Assembly (NCBI GenBank): GCA_030704615.1
Contig: CM060734.1
Span: forward strand, 24,428,001 to 24,492,000
Direction: 5' to 3'
Source of the DNA: Takakia lepidozioides
Lineage: Eukaryota; Plantae; Bryophyta
Length of the DNA: 64,000 nucleotides
Both the position numbers and the translations under genes were made by a program. Under the pieces are notes generated by a model that worked only from the letters and a program-made list of their open reading frames with translations, had not been told where the DNA came from and did not search any database. This document shows, piece by piece, positions 1-13,354 of the stretch. Numbering within the stretch: the stretch's first letter is position 1; each line of letters begins with the position of its first letter.

Positions 1-949
1 ACAAAATTAGAAACAAACCAGAAATAAAATGAAAGGCAAAGGAAAGAAAAAAAGGTGAAGGAAAGAGGCTCACATTTGCGTCCATGACCTCAATTTGCCC
101 TCGGTCCCCGCTTGTGGTGCACCCCCCATAACGCCCCTCTCGGAATAAAGGTGGAAGCCTATCCCATGCACCCAATAGGCTCGCAGGCGGCGCCCCAAAG
201 TTCAGGGTCTTCTTCATTGACCGTTCAGGCGACGGACTTCGCAAGGGACCCTCCAAAGCCAGTGTCACCCTCTCCTCTTCCCCCTCCCTTTCCCATGCCC
301 CCTTATTTCCCTCTTCCCTCTTCTTGTCTTCCTCCCTCTTCCTTTCCTCCTCCTTCCACCTCATTGCGGCTCTTTGAAGCCTCTTCTTTTGAGGGGCTTC
401 TGAGCCCCCCCCCCCCCCCCTTATAAGCCTCTTGGTTGCAAGAAGGAAAAAGGCATTGGCGGTGGGGCTAAGATCAAGTTGCCCATACCTGGCGCCAGAT
501 CTGAGAATGCGCTTCCCCGCGTAAAAGTCAGGGCCCTCCATCAGCCCGTGCGGTGGCGTCCCAGCCAGAACATTGGGCGCACCACCCTCAAGTTTAGGCT
601 CATCCCCAGCCTCTTTCGAGGGCGTGGAGGCCTCGACGGCCTTACGGCTTGGTCCTCTCACATAGCCGCCTATAGGGATGGTGAGTTTGGACCAAGTGGA
701 CCGTGTCACACGACCGTCAATGACAGGAGCGTTGTCAGGCTTCCCTCCCTTAGCGGCAGGCGATTTCTGCTCCTTCGGCGGCGCCTTCTCCTTGTCCTTC
801 GCCATACTACTAGCTTATCCCTGCACCCACAATACTACTACCGTGTGATTTCACATGCCAAAAACAAACAAGGCCTGACCCTCCCCCTTCCTCTCTCGCC
901 CTCTCCCTCTATCTTTATGTCCTTCTCCATCTCTTCTTTTCTCTCTCTA

Positions 950-1262
950 CTGATAAGCAAAAAAATAAAAGAGGGGGGCGGGGAAGAGAGCACCAGCACT
1001 TGATGCTGCTGTCATCCCCCCACCATTCCAAAAAGCAAAAAAAAAAAATGTGGGGGGGACTGAGAGCAGCAGCAGCAAGTACTTGCTGCTGCAGCTCTCA
1101 GCGCCCCCCACCATTGCCAAAACCAAAAAATGAAAGGTCGGGGGGGGGGCACTAAGACCAGCAGCAGCAAGCTGCTCTCAGCATCCCCCACCATTCCAAA
1201 AACAAAAAACGAAAAGATTGGGGGGGTGGGGTGGGGGTGACTGAGCAGAAGCAGCTCCTGAG
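950..1262. repeat. Short low-complexity tandem repeat (~80-90 bp unit, 3-4 copies)
   Basis: The unit CCCCCACCATT(C/G)CAAAA...GGGGGG..ACT.AG..CAGCAGCAG recurs near 1015, 1103 and 1184. Confidence 0.55.
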
Positions 1263-1388
1263 TCACTCTATCGATCAATTTTTCGGATCATAATTTAGAA
1301 TAGCACATTTTATGTACATTAGTATATATTTTATGAAGTTTAGTATGAAATCATAATAAGAAATCATAAATAAAATGGAATTCTAGCA

Positions 1389-2010
1389 ATGGCAGAGCCG
1401 GAGGTCCAGTCGAAGGACAACTCCTTGATTCCGGGATTGACAGACCATGTGACACTAGAATGCGTTGCACGGGTGTCTCGCTCTTATTATTTACCGTTGA
1501 AAGATGGTTGTAAGAAATGACATGCGCTAGCGGTGGTTGATGACGAAGGCTGCAACGACATCTTTGAGACTTGCAAACGGGTAGGAATAAAGGAGGAATG
1601 GGTTTACATGCTGGTTGGGCCTGCACACAATGTACAGCCTCTCATAAGTGCACAGAAGTGGTGGGCGTTTGATTCCGTTAATACGCGTTGGTGTTGTCTG
1701 CCAGACTACCTTGTGGATTATACCTTTGAAGTTTCTGACAAAGAGTCGGCAGTTACAGGAACTCAGCTTTTGGTTTGCGGACAATACCCTAGAGGCTACA
1801 TGGTATGGAGGTATGATTTAGAACTCAACGAATAGTCTTCAACGCCAAGAATGATTCAAGATCGATGTCTTTTTTACTCAGCAAATGTGGGCAAATATGT
1901 CTATTTGTACTGGAAGTCTCACCAATAGACGACTCTCAAAGCAATCAAGCGCTACAACTCGCTACTTCAAGCATGGGAACCTCTCCCCGATCTCAACATA
2001 GCACGGGAAA
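1389..2010 (+). pseudogene. F-box/Kelch-repeat protein pseudogene (SKIP11-like), 3' truncated
   Basis: ATG at 1389 gives MAEPEVQSKDNSLIPGLTDHVTLECVARVSR (plant F-box LIPGL motif). The same frame continues WWAFDSVNTRW..SDKESAVTGTQLLVCG..VWRYDLELNE*..PRMIQDRCLFYSA..RYNSLLQAWEPLPDLN (Kelch repeats). In-frame stops at 1518 and 1833 fall at expected Trp codons, and a third follows. Confidence 0.85.
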
Positions 2011-2011
2011 T

Positions 2012-4191
2012 GGAGCTAATGGGAAAACAAGGATAAATATGAACCGCTGGATATTGGTTGATCAAGGGTAGCGATCCCCACTTCCCAAACGGATGAATGA
2101 CATGGATGAGGAGCAACATTCATGATGACTTAAAATGGCTCATGTATCAATGTAAGTTGGTCATGTACCAACTTAAGTTGGTAATGTCCCTGGATGGATA
2201 AAAGTTTCAGATGGATGAAAATTATGAGGAAGAATGAAAATGGATGAAATCAGCGGACGGATGAGAGAGCACATGCTGGATGAATTTATAGGATGGATGC
2301 AAAAGGGATGACATTACCAGGATGGATGAAATCAGAAGTATCCAGGTTTGCTTGGCCAACAAGCTTCCCATTAAATTTAATGATTAATTCCTAATTTTCC
2401 TATTGGCCCAACAGAAGCATAAAAAGAGGTTTGGGGGAGTGGGGAAGCAAGTAGTATCAATCGAGAGAGAACCAGTGAGCGACTAGCACGATGTAGAGAG
2501 CACGGTGGAGGGTAGCCGTTGGAGTTGGAGAGCACAAAGATGGAGAGAGAATCAGTAGTAGTGAGTGATGGACTCAAAGTTACAACTATTTTGTTCCAGA
2601 TTTGCAATCGTATCTAATTCTTTCCGCTTTGTAATTGAATGAAGTGATGACTTGATCTAATCAACCCTCTCGGAGTGTCAAGTGTAACGCTAATGTAGAC
2701 AAGGGCTGGTAGGACGTCCAGTTCTTGTTTTGCTTTTCAAGTCCTTGGCTTTAGGATTCTGCTCATTTGTTGGCAAAATAGATCTGCTCTAGTGGGGTCC
2801 TATTGACCTATTTCCATGCTAGTTCTTTTTTATAGCAGAGAGAAAGGATAATTCTCCCAATAAAACCTGACAATAGTGAAATCAGAGCCTTATATCCACA
2901 TAAATTAATTTTTGAAATCAGTCTTTCTTACACTGGCACACAATTACAGATGTTGGGGACTTGTCATTTTTCATGTAGGAAAGGGTTCTCATTTCTTTTA
3001 TACAAAATTGCTCTGCTTTAGAATATGTTCTTGGAAGTTTTCTATGTTAGTTCTTGTTGATAGCAGAGAATAAGGCTAATACTTCCAATAAGACCTAAGA
3101 TTAGCCAGATCGAAGCCAGGGATCATAAAATAGGAAGGTTTGAAGGTAGTTGTTTTTAAACTGGAGCAACAAAAGTCTATGGTGTAGAATTATGTTTGGC
3201 TGATACGATTTGATCTATTTACTTTTGCTAGTAAGATATCTGAGTGAAGTCTTATTTGAGTCATAAAATTAAGATTACTACAGCACTAGAAGTTAGTGGT
3301 TCTAGTAATTATTGCCTGGGTTAAGAGATATTAATTTCTAAAGTAGGCAGTATATGCTAGCAGAATTTGGGACTTAGTCATATCCATGGCACTGATTCTA
3401 CAAAGACATATATGTTTGAACGATTTGAGCTAAACCCTTTTTATGGACCTTGATTCACAAACTAATTCCAAGATCTTGTTGAGTAAAGCTTAGGTTAGAG
3501 CTTCTGTTTTACATAAAGTGAATTGAAGAACCTAGTAGGGACTTATGGATTTTTGAAAACAGGGAATTCTAACTGCCAGGCCATGTTAAAGAGTGAGATT
3601 TGACTATTGTGTTTAAATAACTAAAATAAACCTTCTTGCAACAATATCTCTAGATTAGTCTGATGGTTAGTCTGGTAGTTTAAACTTCCGAGGTTGGGTA
3701 TTCAACTCTTGCCGGCCGCAATTTGCTTAGTTTTGCTTATTTGTTCAGAATCCTTCTAATAGCCCTATAAGTACTTAGGTAGGAAGGTTTTTTTTGAATA
3801 TAACTTGAGGGACTTATTGGTTAGTGATTTATTTCGCGCATTCGAGGTTGGGGTTTCAAATTCCATTAGCCATTCCTGTAGTTGGTTTTGATTCTCTTCT
3901 TTTATTTTGGTTATATTAATATTGTTTGTTGGGCTGATCTTTTCCTTAGAATGATCTAATTGATTATATATTCTTGACTCACCTAACTTAATGGGTACTA
4001 GTAACAACTAAATAAATCAATATCTCTATCTTTTAAACATGTACATAAAATTATTCAAAAAGAAAAGAAATAATAAAGTTGGTTAATTGAAATTAATTTT
4101 TGTTGTTTACTGAATAACTAATATTTACACTAGAATATCTCTCCTCTAAAATAACCATAACTCTCTATACCGAGGGTAATTATATATTCGC
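2012..4191. mobile_element. Non-coding insertion, possibly an LTR or solo-LTR remnant
   Basis: Abruptly truncates the Kelch frame. No credible ORFs. GGATGAA motif is repeated at 2090-2330. Termini and TSD could not be established. Confidence 0.3.
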
Positions 4192-4210
4192 ATTATTTAT
4201 TTCTGGACTC

Positions 4211-4978
4211 CAGTTGACCATCTACCCATGCAGGTTTCTTGTAACTATCCTTCCACAAGGAATCGTAGGTAATGTGGAGCTTGAAATGCGGCCCTCTTGG
4301 ATGAATATGGACCCACACTCTATCCCTGCTCCTTCACCTATCCATGCCTCTGCACAAATCATGCATACATCCTTGCTTTGCTGCTAGACGCTGATAATGA
4401 CAGCCTTCATCTGTTCTAGGAAACACCCAACTCAACTTATCACTCTAATTCCTATGCTCAATTGCATCTGTTACTCTTTGTAATCCAACAAGCATTCACC
4501 TTTTTGCTCGATTGTCCCACCGTTGACTGGGTCAGAAAAGTATTCATTCCACAGCTTTTCCTCGTCTCTGTTACCTGTTTCTGGATACTAATCCTATTGT
4601 CACATTGGCAGTATCATGTCAAAGTCAGTCCAAACTATTTAAGGTCAACCAGCTCATTTGCAAAATTCAACATTTAGGGCCGATTTTGATCAGAGGGAAA
4701 AACAGGGTGAAACGTGTTGAAGAAGGTGCCTTCATGAGCAATGCCTGATTTTATCAATCGTGCCAATGCTGCTGCGGCTTTCAGTTGACCATCTATCTAT
4801 GCAGGTTTTCTTGTAGGTATCCTTCCACAGGGAGTCATAGGTGATCTGAAGCTTGAAATCCGGCCCTCTTGGATGAATCAAAACCCACACTTCATCCCTG
4901 CTCCTTCAGCTATCCATGCCTCTTCACAAATCATGCATATATCCTTGCCTTGTTGCTAGCAACTGACAATGACAGCCT
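4211..4978. repeat. Diverged direct repeat pair (~195 bp; 4211-4406 and 4782-4978)
   Basis: Both copies run CAGTTGACCATCTA...CGGCCCTCTTGGATGAAT...ATGACAGCCT. Confidence 0.8.
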
Positions 4979-5427
4979 AGAATTCATGCAGCAAACACGA
5001 CATCATATCTCGTTCAGCCATACCACCCAAACCCAGAATTAGGACAGCACTCTGATTCCATCCACTGTCACCAAAGTCTGCCAAAACCCGAGGCGGCATA
5101 CACAACGCTAGTATCAATTATTTACATGATAACTTCAAAATACCCATTCTCCCAATCCACCAATGTTTCGAAGCAATCCATCTTATAGCACTTTGTTCCC
5201 TTACAGCCATCATCACCAACAAACGCCAACTTGAAGCTAGCCCTCCTAGTACACCCTGGGTTCCCCAGGGTCCCCCTGGGAACTTAGGGGTTTCATAGCA
5301 GCCCTCCCCTCTCTCTCTCTCTCTCTCCTTGGTTACCTGGTGTCCCACAGAACACCCTTCCTTTTATAGGGCCCACCCCCGAAAAGGGGCAGTAGTCGTA
5401 AGGCAAAGTGGCTCTTAGTTACGCCGG

Positions 5428-7354
5428 CTACGGCCGGAGTCTTCTCTCTCTCGGCGTTATGACCAATATCTCATGTTCTTCTAGTGCTACAGGTGCGTCT
5501 CGTGGCTGTGTCCGTGCCTGGAGGTGCAAATCATGCTGTAATGGCTTATCATGGATACCACTGTATCCCTTGAGCTTGTTGGCATTAACCCTACCAGGCA
5601 TTTCCTTGTTGATTGTCTGTAACATGGCCGTATTGTTATCATACATTTTTTGTATGACATAAGGTCCGTTCCAAGGTGACTTAAGCTTTGAGGCTTTAAT
5701 CTTCCCATTCTTCTGCAACCACAGTACCAAAACTCCTGTCTTAAAGGTTTTTAGTTTGCCTTTGTCAAACCAATCTTTCCTCTTCATTTGAATTCTAGAC
5801 ATGTTATCTGTTGCAGCAGCACGTACTTCTTCTACATGGTATAATGCATGTTTCCTTACTTTGATTGAATCTTCCAATTCCATTCCCATTCCCCATTCAG
5901 TTCACATGGTTGGTAACAAGAACTCCACTGGAAGTAAAGCTTCCATGCCATAGACCAATTGAAATGGTGTATACCTTGTAGTAACTTTGTATGATGTCCT
6001 GTAAGACCACAAAGCTGTTAATAACTTTGTATCCCAGTCTGTTCTGTTACCATTGACTATCTTAGCCAATATAGTGCACAATATCTTGTTGGTGGCCTCT
6101 GCCTGCCCATTACCCTGTGGGTAATAAGTTGTACTCTTCTTGTGCACAATCATTAACTCCCTAGTCAACAGTTCAATGGTCTCATTGATAAAATGACTTC
6201 CTTGATCACTGATAAACTCCAAGGGACAGCCAAATCTTGTGATAATGTTCTCATATATGAACCTTGCTGTGGACTTAGTTGTGTTGTCTCTCAGAGCCTT
6301 AGCTTCCACCCATTTTGTGGTATAATCAGTGGCTGTGATTATATACTTGTTCTGTGTATTCCTGGCTGGTGGATTGATTGGCTAAACAAAATCCAATCCC
6401 CATTTCTGGAATGGTTCAATAGGCATTGTAGGATGCAAAGCCATCTTTCCATATCTTTGCAAAGGTCCTAGCCTCTGACACTCATCACAGCTCTTGCAAT
6501 ACTTGTGTACATCTTTAAACAAAGTAGGCCACCAGTAACCTGCAAGCAATATTTTTTTTCTACTGGTAGTCTCTTCTCCAAAGTGGCCTCTAGCCACATC
6601 TTTATGAACTTCTTCCAAAACTTTATTGACTTCATGGTGGTACAAGCATCTTTTCAGAACTCCATCAGGTTCCTAGCGTATACAATCTTCCTCCTATCAT
6701 AGTGTATGGTAATGCCTTGATAGCTATTCTCTTCCTCTGCTCCTTTCCATAACTAGGTGGACACTGTCCATGAGTCAAATAATATTTGATTGGCCACTGC
6801 CAATCCATCCAGTCATCAGCCCCTACCTCTACTGCAAATAAACTAGCATCAGGTAGTCGATCATCCACTCCTGTGACGGGCTCTCTTGTTGCGAGGCGTG
6901 ACAAGTGATCTGCCACAAGATGCAACCGTCCAGGTTTGTAAATAACTTTGAATTCAAACTCATGCAGGATAATCAACCACCTTGTTATCCTTCCACTTAT
7001 CAAAGGCTTGTTCACCAAATAAATCAGAGCCTGATGATCCACATAAAACATAAATTTCCTTCTAAATAAATAATGCCTCAACTTCTTGACTGCATAAATC
7101 ATTGCCAAAGCTTCTCTTTCAGTAGTGCTATAGTTCCTCTCAGCACTGTTCAACAATCTGCAGCATAGTACACATGTGAGTCTATGTTTCCTGTGACGTT
7201 TTGGGCTAACAAAGCTCCCAAAGCTTCTCTTGAAGCATCACAGCGTACATGAAATACCGTATGCCAATGTGGGTTAATCAGCACAGGTGTAGTTGTTACT
7301 GACAATGTAAGTTCCTCGAAGACATGTTGGCACTCAGCTGTCCATGCAAACCCT
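5428..7354 (-). mobile_element. pol: Ty3/Gypsy (non-chromovirus, Athila/Phygy-like) pol fragment: RNase H and integrase, degraded
   Basis: RNase H AERNYSTTEREALAMIY..VDHQAL..ADHLSR; integrase zinc region EEVH..GHF..CKSCDEC; core FISDQGSHF..YYPQGNGQAE; C-terminal SPWNGPYVI. Interrupted at 7354 by a CACTA end. Confidence 0.92.
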
Positions 7355-10300
7355 CACTAGAAGAAAAACGTGGAATAACCACTGGCCCTTTAACCACTAC
7401 TGTCTTTTCCCACTCTACAAACCACTCGTAACCACTTGTCAGTGGTTAATCCCGATGAAATGCCATGGTGGCATCACAGACCGTGGTTTGAAGTGGTTTC
7501 AACCACTCAGTACTCCACGTGTAATAATTTTTATTTATCTATATTTTTCATTTGGTAATATATGATAGTTAATAAATATAATATCCCAGGTGGACGGGTG
7601 CAGTGGTATATTGTGAGTGGTTATAGACACCTCAGTGATGGGAATTGGTTGAAACCACTTGCTACTCCACGTGTAATAATTCAAATTTTGTTTATGATTT
7701 ATGATTTGGAAATATATTTTAATTAATTAATATGATATTCCACGTGGACGTGACAGTGGTGCACGTTGATCTTGAGTGGTTTAAGATACCTCATTGATTG
7801 TACCACTATGACAGTGGTGGAGAGTGGGTGGTGAAAGACACTGCAGTAATTGGAACCACTATTCTAGTGGTCGCTCATGAGTGGTTGCCTACACAACAGT
7901 GATTGGTGCCACTTTTTTGGTGATACATGAAAAACTTTAAGTGGTTTGTGCAGCTGTGATAGACTTTGAAAAACAGACAAGTGTTCAGACCATTGTAGGA
8001 TGATGCTATTGAACATATGGTTCCAACAATAAACTTTATTCTGAATCTGAAACATATTCGTCACCCTCTGAATCACTTTGCTCAACTGGAATAGTGGTTG
8101 GTTGCACAAATGCCGCTTGAATGGTAGCCAACATAGCCAGGTCTTCTTTATTTAGAGCCGTGGCACCATCTAATGATGTAGGTATTGGCTGATCTGATAA
8201 GGTAAACGGTGCCTGAAGGCCATCGAAATCTGCATTTTCTCCAATGTCACATTGATCTATGTCCACCACAATCTTTTTTGCTCTTGGATCCTTCCGAAGG
8301 ACTACCTTCCACTCCAAACTTGGGGACTCATCCGAAAAGAACACATGTTCAACTTGAGATGGAAAGATGAACGGCTGATTATTGGGGGGTAACATCCTCC
8401 AAAAATCCGCAAGTAGAATACCATACGAATCCCGCTTCATTGTAGCATTTTGTCCAACGAGGTTGGCCCTCACCCAAACACAACGAAATACAATGGGGTG
8501 CACTCATCCATAATCCAGTTTCAAGATCTCTTTGATGACCCCAACATACTCTAATGGTGACATGACTGGATTTATATCACGCACACTATTTCTGCTTTGT
8601 TGCTGGAAGACGGATGCAACTCCGGAATCGAAAGAGACAAGAAGACGACTCTCCATGTCATCCACTCGATAATGATTTCCATATGCCTTCATGCTACGAA
8701 ATGAAGCTGATCTCAATGAGGGGGGAGTAGTACAAACAAATGAATTACATCCGTATCCTCAACACTATGCTCAGAGACATGGGCCTGGACTGCACGGCGT
8801 ATCCATACCGGAAGGGGTGGAAACTCCAACAAATGTTGAGGGTATGGCACCGGAAGGCTGCGGTGTCGTCGACGATTGGCATGCCACTCACGAGCACATG
8901 TCTCTCTGTCTGCTGTGAACTGTGCCTTCTCTGTTGCATACTTTCTGTCACAAAATGGCAACAAGAATGACACATGTTAGCAATGAAGTGTTGCATTGCT
9001 TTGCAAAAAATACCTAGCATGAATGATACTTTGAAAACCACTGTTTCAAACCACTGGATGAGTGAGCAGAATGACTTGTAAATGAACATGCTCTTCCAAA
9101 AAGTCACTCACTCAGACATTCAGTTACTACAGAAGTGGTTATAATCACGATGAACCATTGACATTTGTGACTTTGTGGGTGGTTTTATTACACTGGTGAC
9201 AGTCCGAATTGCAATTGATCTTGATATGAATAAGGTGCAATGAAAAGAAAAACTGACTGCACCCAAGGAACCATCACATTGGTATTGTTCAGTAGATACA
9301 AATGTGCTGCATCTTTTATGTAACGCTCCATGGGATACATCCACCGTGAAGACACCGAACCACATGTGTCTAGTTCATCTACGAGATGAACTAGCAAATG
9401 GGTCATGACATCAAAGAAAGAAGGGGGGAACTCTTTCTCTAATAGACACAAGGTTATAGCAACATCCTCACGCAATGAATCAATTTCATTAGGGTCCCAT
9501 ACTTTGGCACAAATCCGGCGGAAAATGCAACTCACACGCATAATGACCCCATGTGGGCCTGGAGCCATGCAATGACAAATACACACAGGTCAAATCTGTT
9601 GCATTAAAACGTGATAATCATGGGACTTCATACTCGCCAAATGTTTCCTAGACGGGTGTCTGTGTTTCTGAAATGCACATGCAAATCCTGAAGGACTTTT
9701 GATAGCCCCCAAAGTATCAAGAAATATCGTGATTTCAACGGGAGTGAGAACATACACTCTGCTGGTTTCATGATACGTGAAGGGTTCTGTGGATCAGGCC
9801 GAAGCCACAAGTGACGTCTGATGCCGACTACCTCCATGTCGTTCCTCACCTTCACCGTGTCCTTCACTCCGAAAATCGTCTTCAACAAGTTTTCACAAAA
9901 ATTATTTTCGCAATGTATGGGATCCAGTAAGTAGCATTGCAACAGATCCTGCAATTGGTGACACCATTTCAGGAACATTCCGACAGATTGCAGTCCTATA
10001 TAAATCAGATTATTTTATGAGCACTATATACATCCATGTCTAAAGTGGCTGTGATGCATGACAGTCCCTCCTTAGTGGTTCAAACAACTCATTTAGTGCA
10101 TTATTAGCCTCTCAAGTGATGTCAACAACTTCCTAAGCATCATGAATACTACCTCTTACCACTCCACGAGTTATTAATGTGAAGTCCAAATTACATGCAG
10201 TACTGCTACTTTACCACACGGAAAGTAAGAAGTAACCATTACATGGGCACTACCTTTTCCATTTACAAAGAACATTGAACTCAAACAAGTACAAGTGCAG

Positions 10301-10560
10301 GGGGTACCTTCTAGTATGGTAAATCCCATTGGCAGCTGCGCCTTTTGATACCATGAACCTTGGCTGGATGAACTTCAGCATCGGGAAAAGCACGGGGGTC
10401 AAGGTCATAACCTTCAGCCTCAACACCAGCGGCCTCTTGTTCAACCGGTATGAACGGAGGTGGCTTCGCACGCATCTCCACCTGTCCATTGAAGTTGTCG
10501 TGCGCATACATATCGCTACACAACTACATCGCTGTCCAAAACCACACAACATATGTGCAC
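7355..10560 (-). mobile_element. CACTA (En/Spm) DNA transposon, one end retained, truncated
   Basis: Terminus CACTAGAAGAAAAACG at 7355 sits exactly where Gypsy homology stops (compare 27570-27590). Subterminal AACCACT/AGTGGTT repeats in both orientations span 7375-7960. TnpD-type coding pieces are inside. Confidence 0.9.
8036..10523 (-). pseudogene. CACTA TnpD-type transposase fragments (Transposase_21, DUF4218- and DUF4216-like), intron-split
   Basis: HGIKRRSCQWDLPY; LDPIHCENNFCENLLKTIFG.KDTVKVRNDM; LCLLEKEFPPSFFDVMTHLLVHLVDE..RWMYPMERY; YVGVIKEILKLDYG..VFRCVWV..QPFIFPSQVEHVFFSDE..WKVVL. Confidence 0.88.
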
Positions 10561-10566
10561 ACCAAA

Positions 10567-10835
10567 CACTAGTCTATCACTAGTCCACCACTAGTGCACC
10601 ACTAGGGCTGCCACACTAGACAACCACTAGTCACCACTAGTGCAGCCACTAGTCCAACCACTAGGCTGCCACCACTACCACTAGCCACTGCCACTAGCCA
10701 CCACTAGTGCAGCCACTAGTCCATCACTAGGCTGCCACTAGTCCATCACTAGGCTGCCACTAGTCCACCACTAGCGCAGCCACTAGTCCAACCACTAGGC
10801 TGCCACTAGCCACCACTAGCGCAACCACTAGTCCA
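10567..10835. repeat. Minisatellite built on a CCACTAG core, probably inside an LTR fragment (10567-10990)
   Basis: Many CCACTAG cores with 7-11 bp spacing. The reverse complement of the adjacent 10866-10888 (GGCTACCTGGACTTAGA) resembles the start of the LTR at 14983 (GGCTACTTGGGACTTAGA). Confidence 0.75.
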
Positions 10836-10993
10836 TCACAATCGCCCCCCTAGCTGGCGCTTAAGTCCCTCTAAGTCCAGGTAGCCACAAGATGTGATAG
10901 TGGCCATAGCCTCACTAAGTCCTCCACCACTGTCCCTACTACACTCAAACTCGATAGATCAAGAGGCTGGGTATAAGAGTTGCCCCTGTATCC

Positions 10994-13352
10994 TTGCAAA
11001 ATCGACTACCAGCTGGTGTCGTAGTTGACCCGCAAGAAGGGCATATTGCTGCTTTAACTAAGGAAATGGAGGAACTCTCCGTTCAATTGGCTTCTAGACG
11101 AGAAGGGAGACCCAAGCCAAATAATCAGCGATCCAATATGTGGTGTTCTAATTGCCAGGTTCATGGACATCTTGCTAATGAGTGCCCAGTGGGCCCAGTG
11201 ACCAATCCCATTAATGGAGTTGCTACTAAATGTGGTTATTGTGGTAAAACATAACATGTGATATTACAATGTTGGCATTTACAATCGGCTATGGGTCTAA
11301 CCCCAATAAAGAATAAATCAAGGACGGGTTGGGATGTCAATCAAATGGGGTTGGCCCCACCATCTGCTAACCAGCATGTGGTTGCTCAATGGTCTGACCA
11401 ACCTCCTCAGACTCAGCAACCCTGGAGACCAACTCGAGGACCCCAGAGCTGGTACCAGTCGGCTAATCAGCCTATTCGACAGCAAGTGCGGGGGATACCA
11501 CCTCAGGGAGCTTATGGTCAAACCTATGGGGGCGGAGGAGGCCAACGACAGCAGATGTATCCACAACAAACTAATACTCCTTATCGGCCGCCTGCTCGAC
11601 GATTGAGGAATGGTCAATACCCGATTTGCTATCGTTGTCATGAGATGGGACATATTGCTAGCGAATGCCCTAATCCAAAAGCCCCGGTTGATTATATCCC
11701 GCTTTGTGAGCGTTGTGGAGGTCAGGGACATACTGTTGAACAATGTGAGAGTCCATATCCCCAAAATCCCATCCATTAGCAAACTTCATCAATCCCTCCA
11801 CTTCTTGATTCAGGACCAGTACCACCAACTGGAGGGCCGTCACATTCTTTTGGAAACACTAATACCAATCGAGTTGTGAACCGAGTAACAGTGCAATAAT
11901 GTGTGAGTGATATGAATTTGGCTGATAAAATAGCCACCTTGAAAGGCAAAGGCAAGATGGAAGCAGCCGATACCCCTTTGCAATCTTATTATTTTAATGC
12001 TGAGACAGATAAGCCCATGGTTAAAGGGGTTACCACCAGAGCTCGTAAGTTATTGCCGATGGACCCTATCATGGAAGACTCTACCTTAAAAACCCCCGAT
12101 AGCATGAAGTCCAAGCCAATTGAGGAGGTACAGCGATCTTTGCCCATTATGCCCGATATTCATCCGATACCAACGATGATATCGCCTAGTTTGGTTGTCC
12201 ATCCACCTTCCATGATCATGGACCCTATCGACCCGGATTCTGTCATCTCAGTTGTGATACCCCAATCCACAACGGAGCCAGTCCAGCGGAGAAATAGAGG
12301 GAAGTATACTGGTCCGAAAATAGGCAATGGCAAGATAGGACCCCCAAGGGGTCTCGACGAAAAAGGGTCATGGCACTGACTAAAGGCTTGGTTCATTATG
12401 ATATACTTAAAGACCTGGACACGTTGCAACCTGCTATTTCTTTGCGGCAGCTGTTGGCTATTGCACCTCAATGTCGGGCTTCTTTGTAGTCATCTCTAGT
12501 GCGGAAATAGGCAATGAATAACATCGTCCATGAAGTGAGTATATCCACACTCAATCCGGATCCAGGTGCCCCCGTCCTTGATGTAACAATAGATGGCGTT
12601 GTTATTACTGGAGTTCAAATTGACGGTGGTTCTAGTGTCAATCTAATGAGTTCCGACACAATGGAGATATTAGGACTTGGTGGTTTACAGAACACACTCG
12701 ATTGGTGTTACGGATGGCCGATCAAAGCCGTGTCAAACCAATGGGCGTCCTGACTGCGTCCCAACTATAATTGCTGTTATTGAGTATTCCATTGATTATG
12801 TGGTCTTCCGACTTAATGTCTCGGCCTATTCTTACCCCATCTTATTAGGACGACCATGGTTATTCCAATCTAAGGCTAAAAATGATTGGGGGAAATGCAC
12901 TTTGACTCTGGGAATGGGAAAAAAAGGAGAACAAAAGGTGGTGGGTTGCAAATGTACCCAAGTTAGGCATATCATGGGGAGACGCATTATGAGATAGAAT
13001 CTGAGTTTACTCTTGACGAAGCTGACGAGAGGACCAGTGACACCGATAGTGATTGATTTAGATAGGTGATCTTCAAGCCCTACCATTGTCACCTAAACTA
13101 AACATACAGGAGCCGGCGGATCCACCGTTGTGCTAATCTAGGAGAGAATACCCTTGGCATGGTGATTTTGATAGTGACTCTGATCATGCTATCTTGCAAT
13201 GGGAGGGAGCCCGATCTTCTTATATGGTGTAGCATGAATCTGAGTGGGAAGAGGCCACCATGTCGAAGGATATCGCGTGGTATGATTCGGCTGATGACAA
13301 CCATGCTCCATTGATAAAGAAGGACCCTTACCAAACCTTGAATTTGAATACA
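10994..13352 (+). mobile_element. gag: Ty3/Gypsy gag (four CCHC zinc knuckles) and protease, degraded
   Basis: Knuckles CSNCQVHGHLANEC, CGYCGKT*HVILQC, CYRCHEMGHIASEC and CERCGGQGHTVEQC. Aspartic protease VQIDGGSSVNLM..YPILLGRPWL. Confidence 0.88.
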
Positions 13353-13354
13353 GC

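Noticed and set aside
112-1003. 104 aa and 174 aa ORFs
   Set aside because: Low complexity, non-ATG starts and no motifs.
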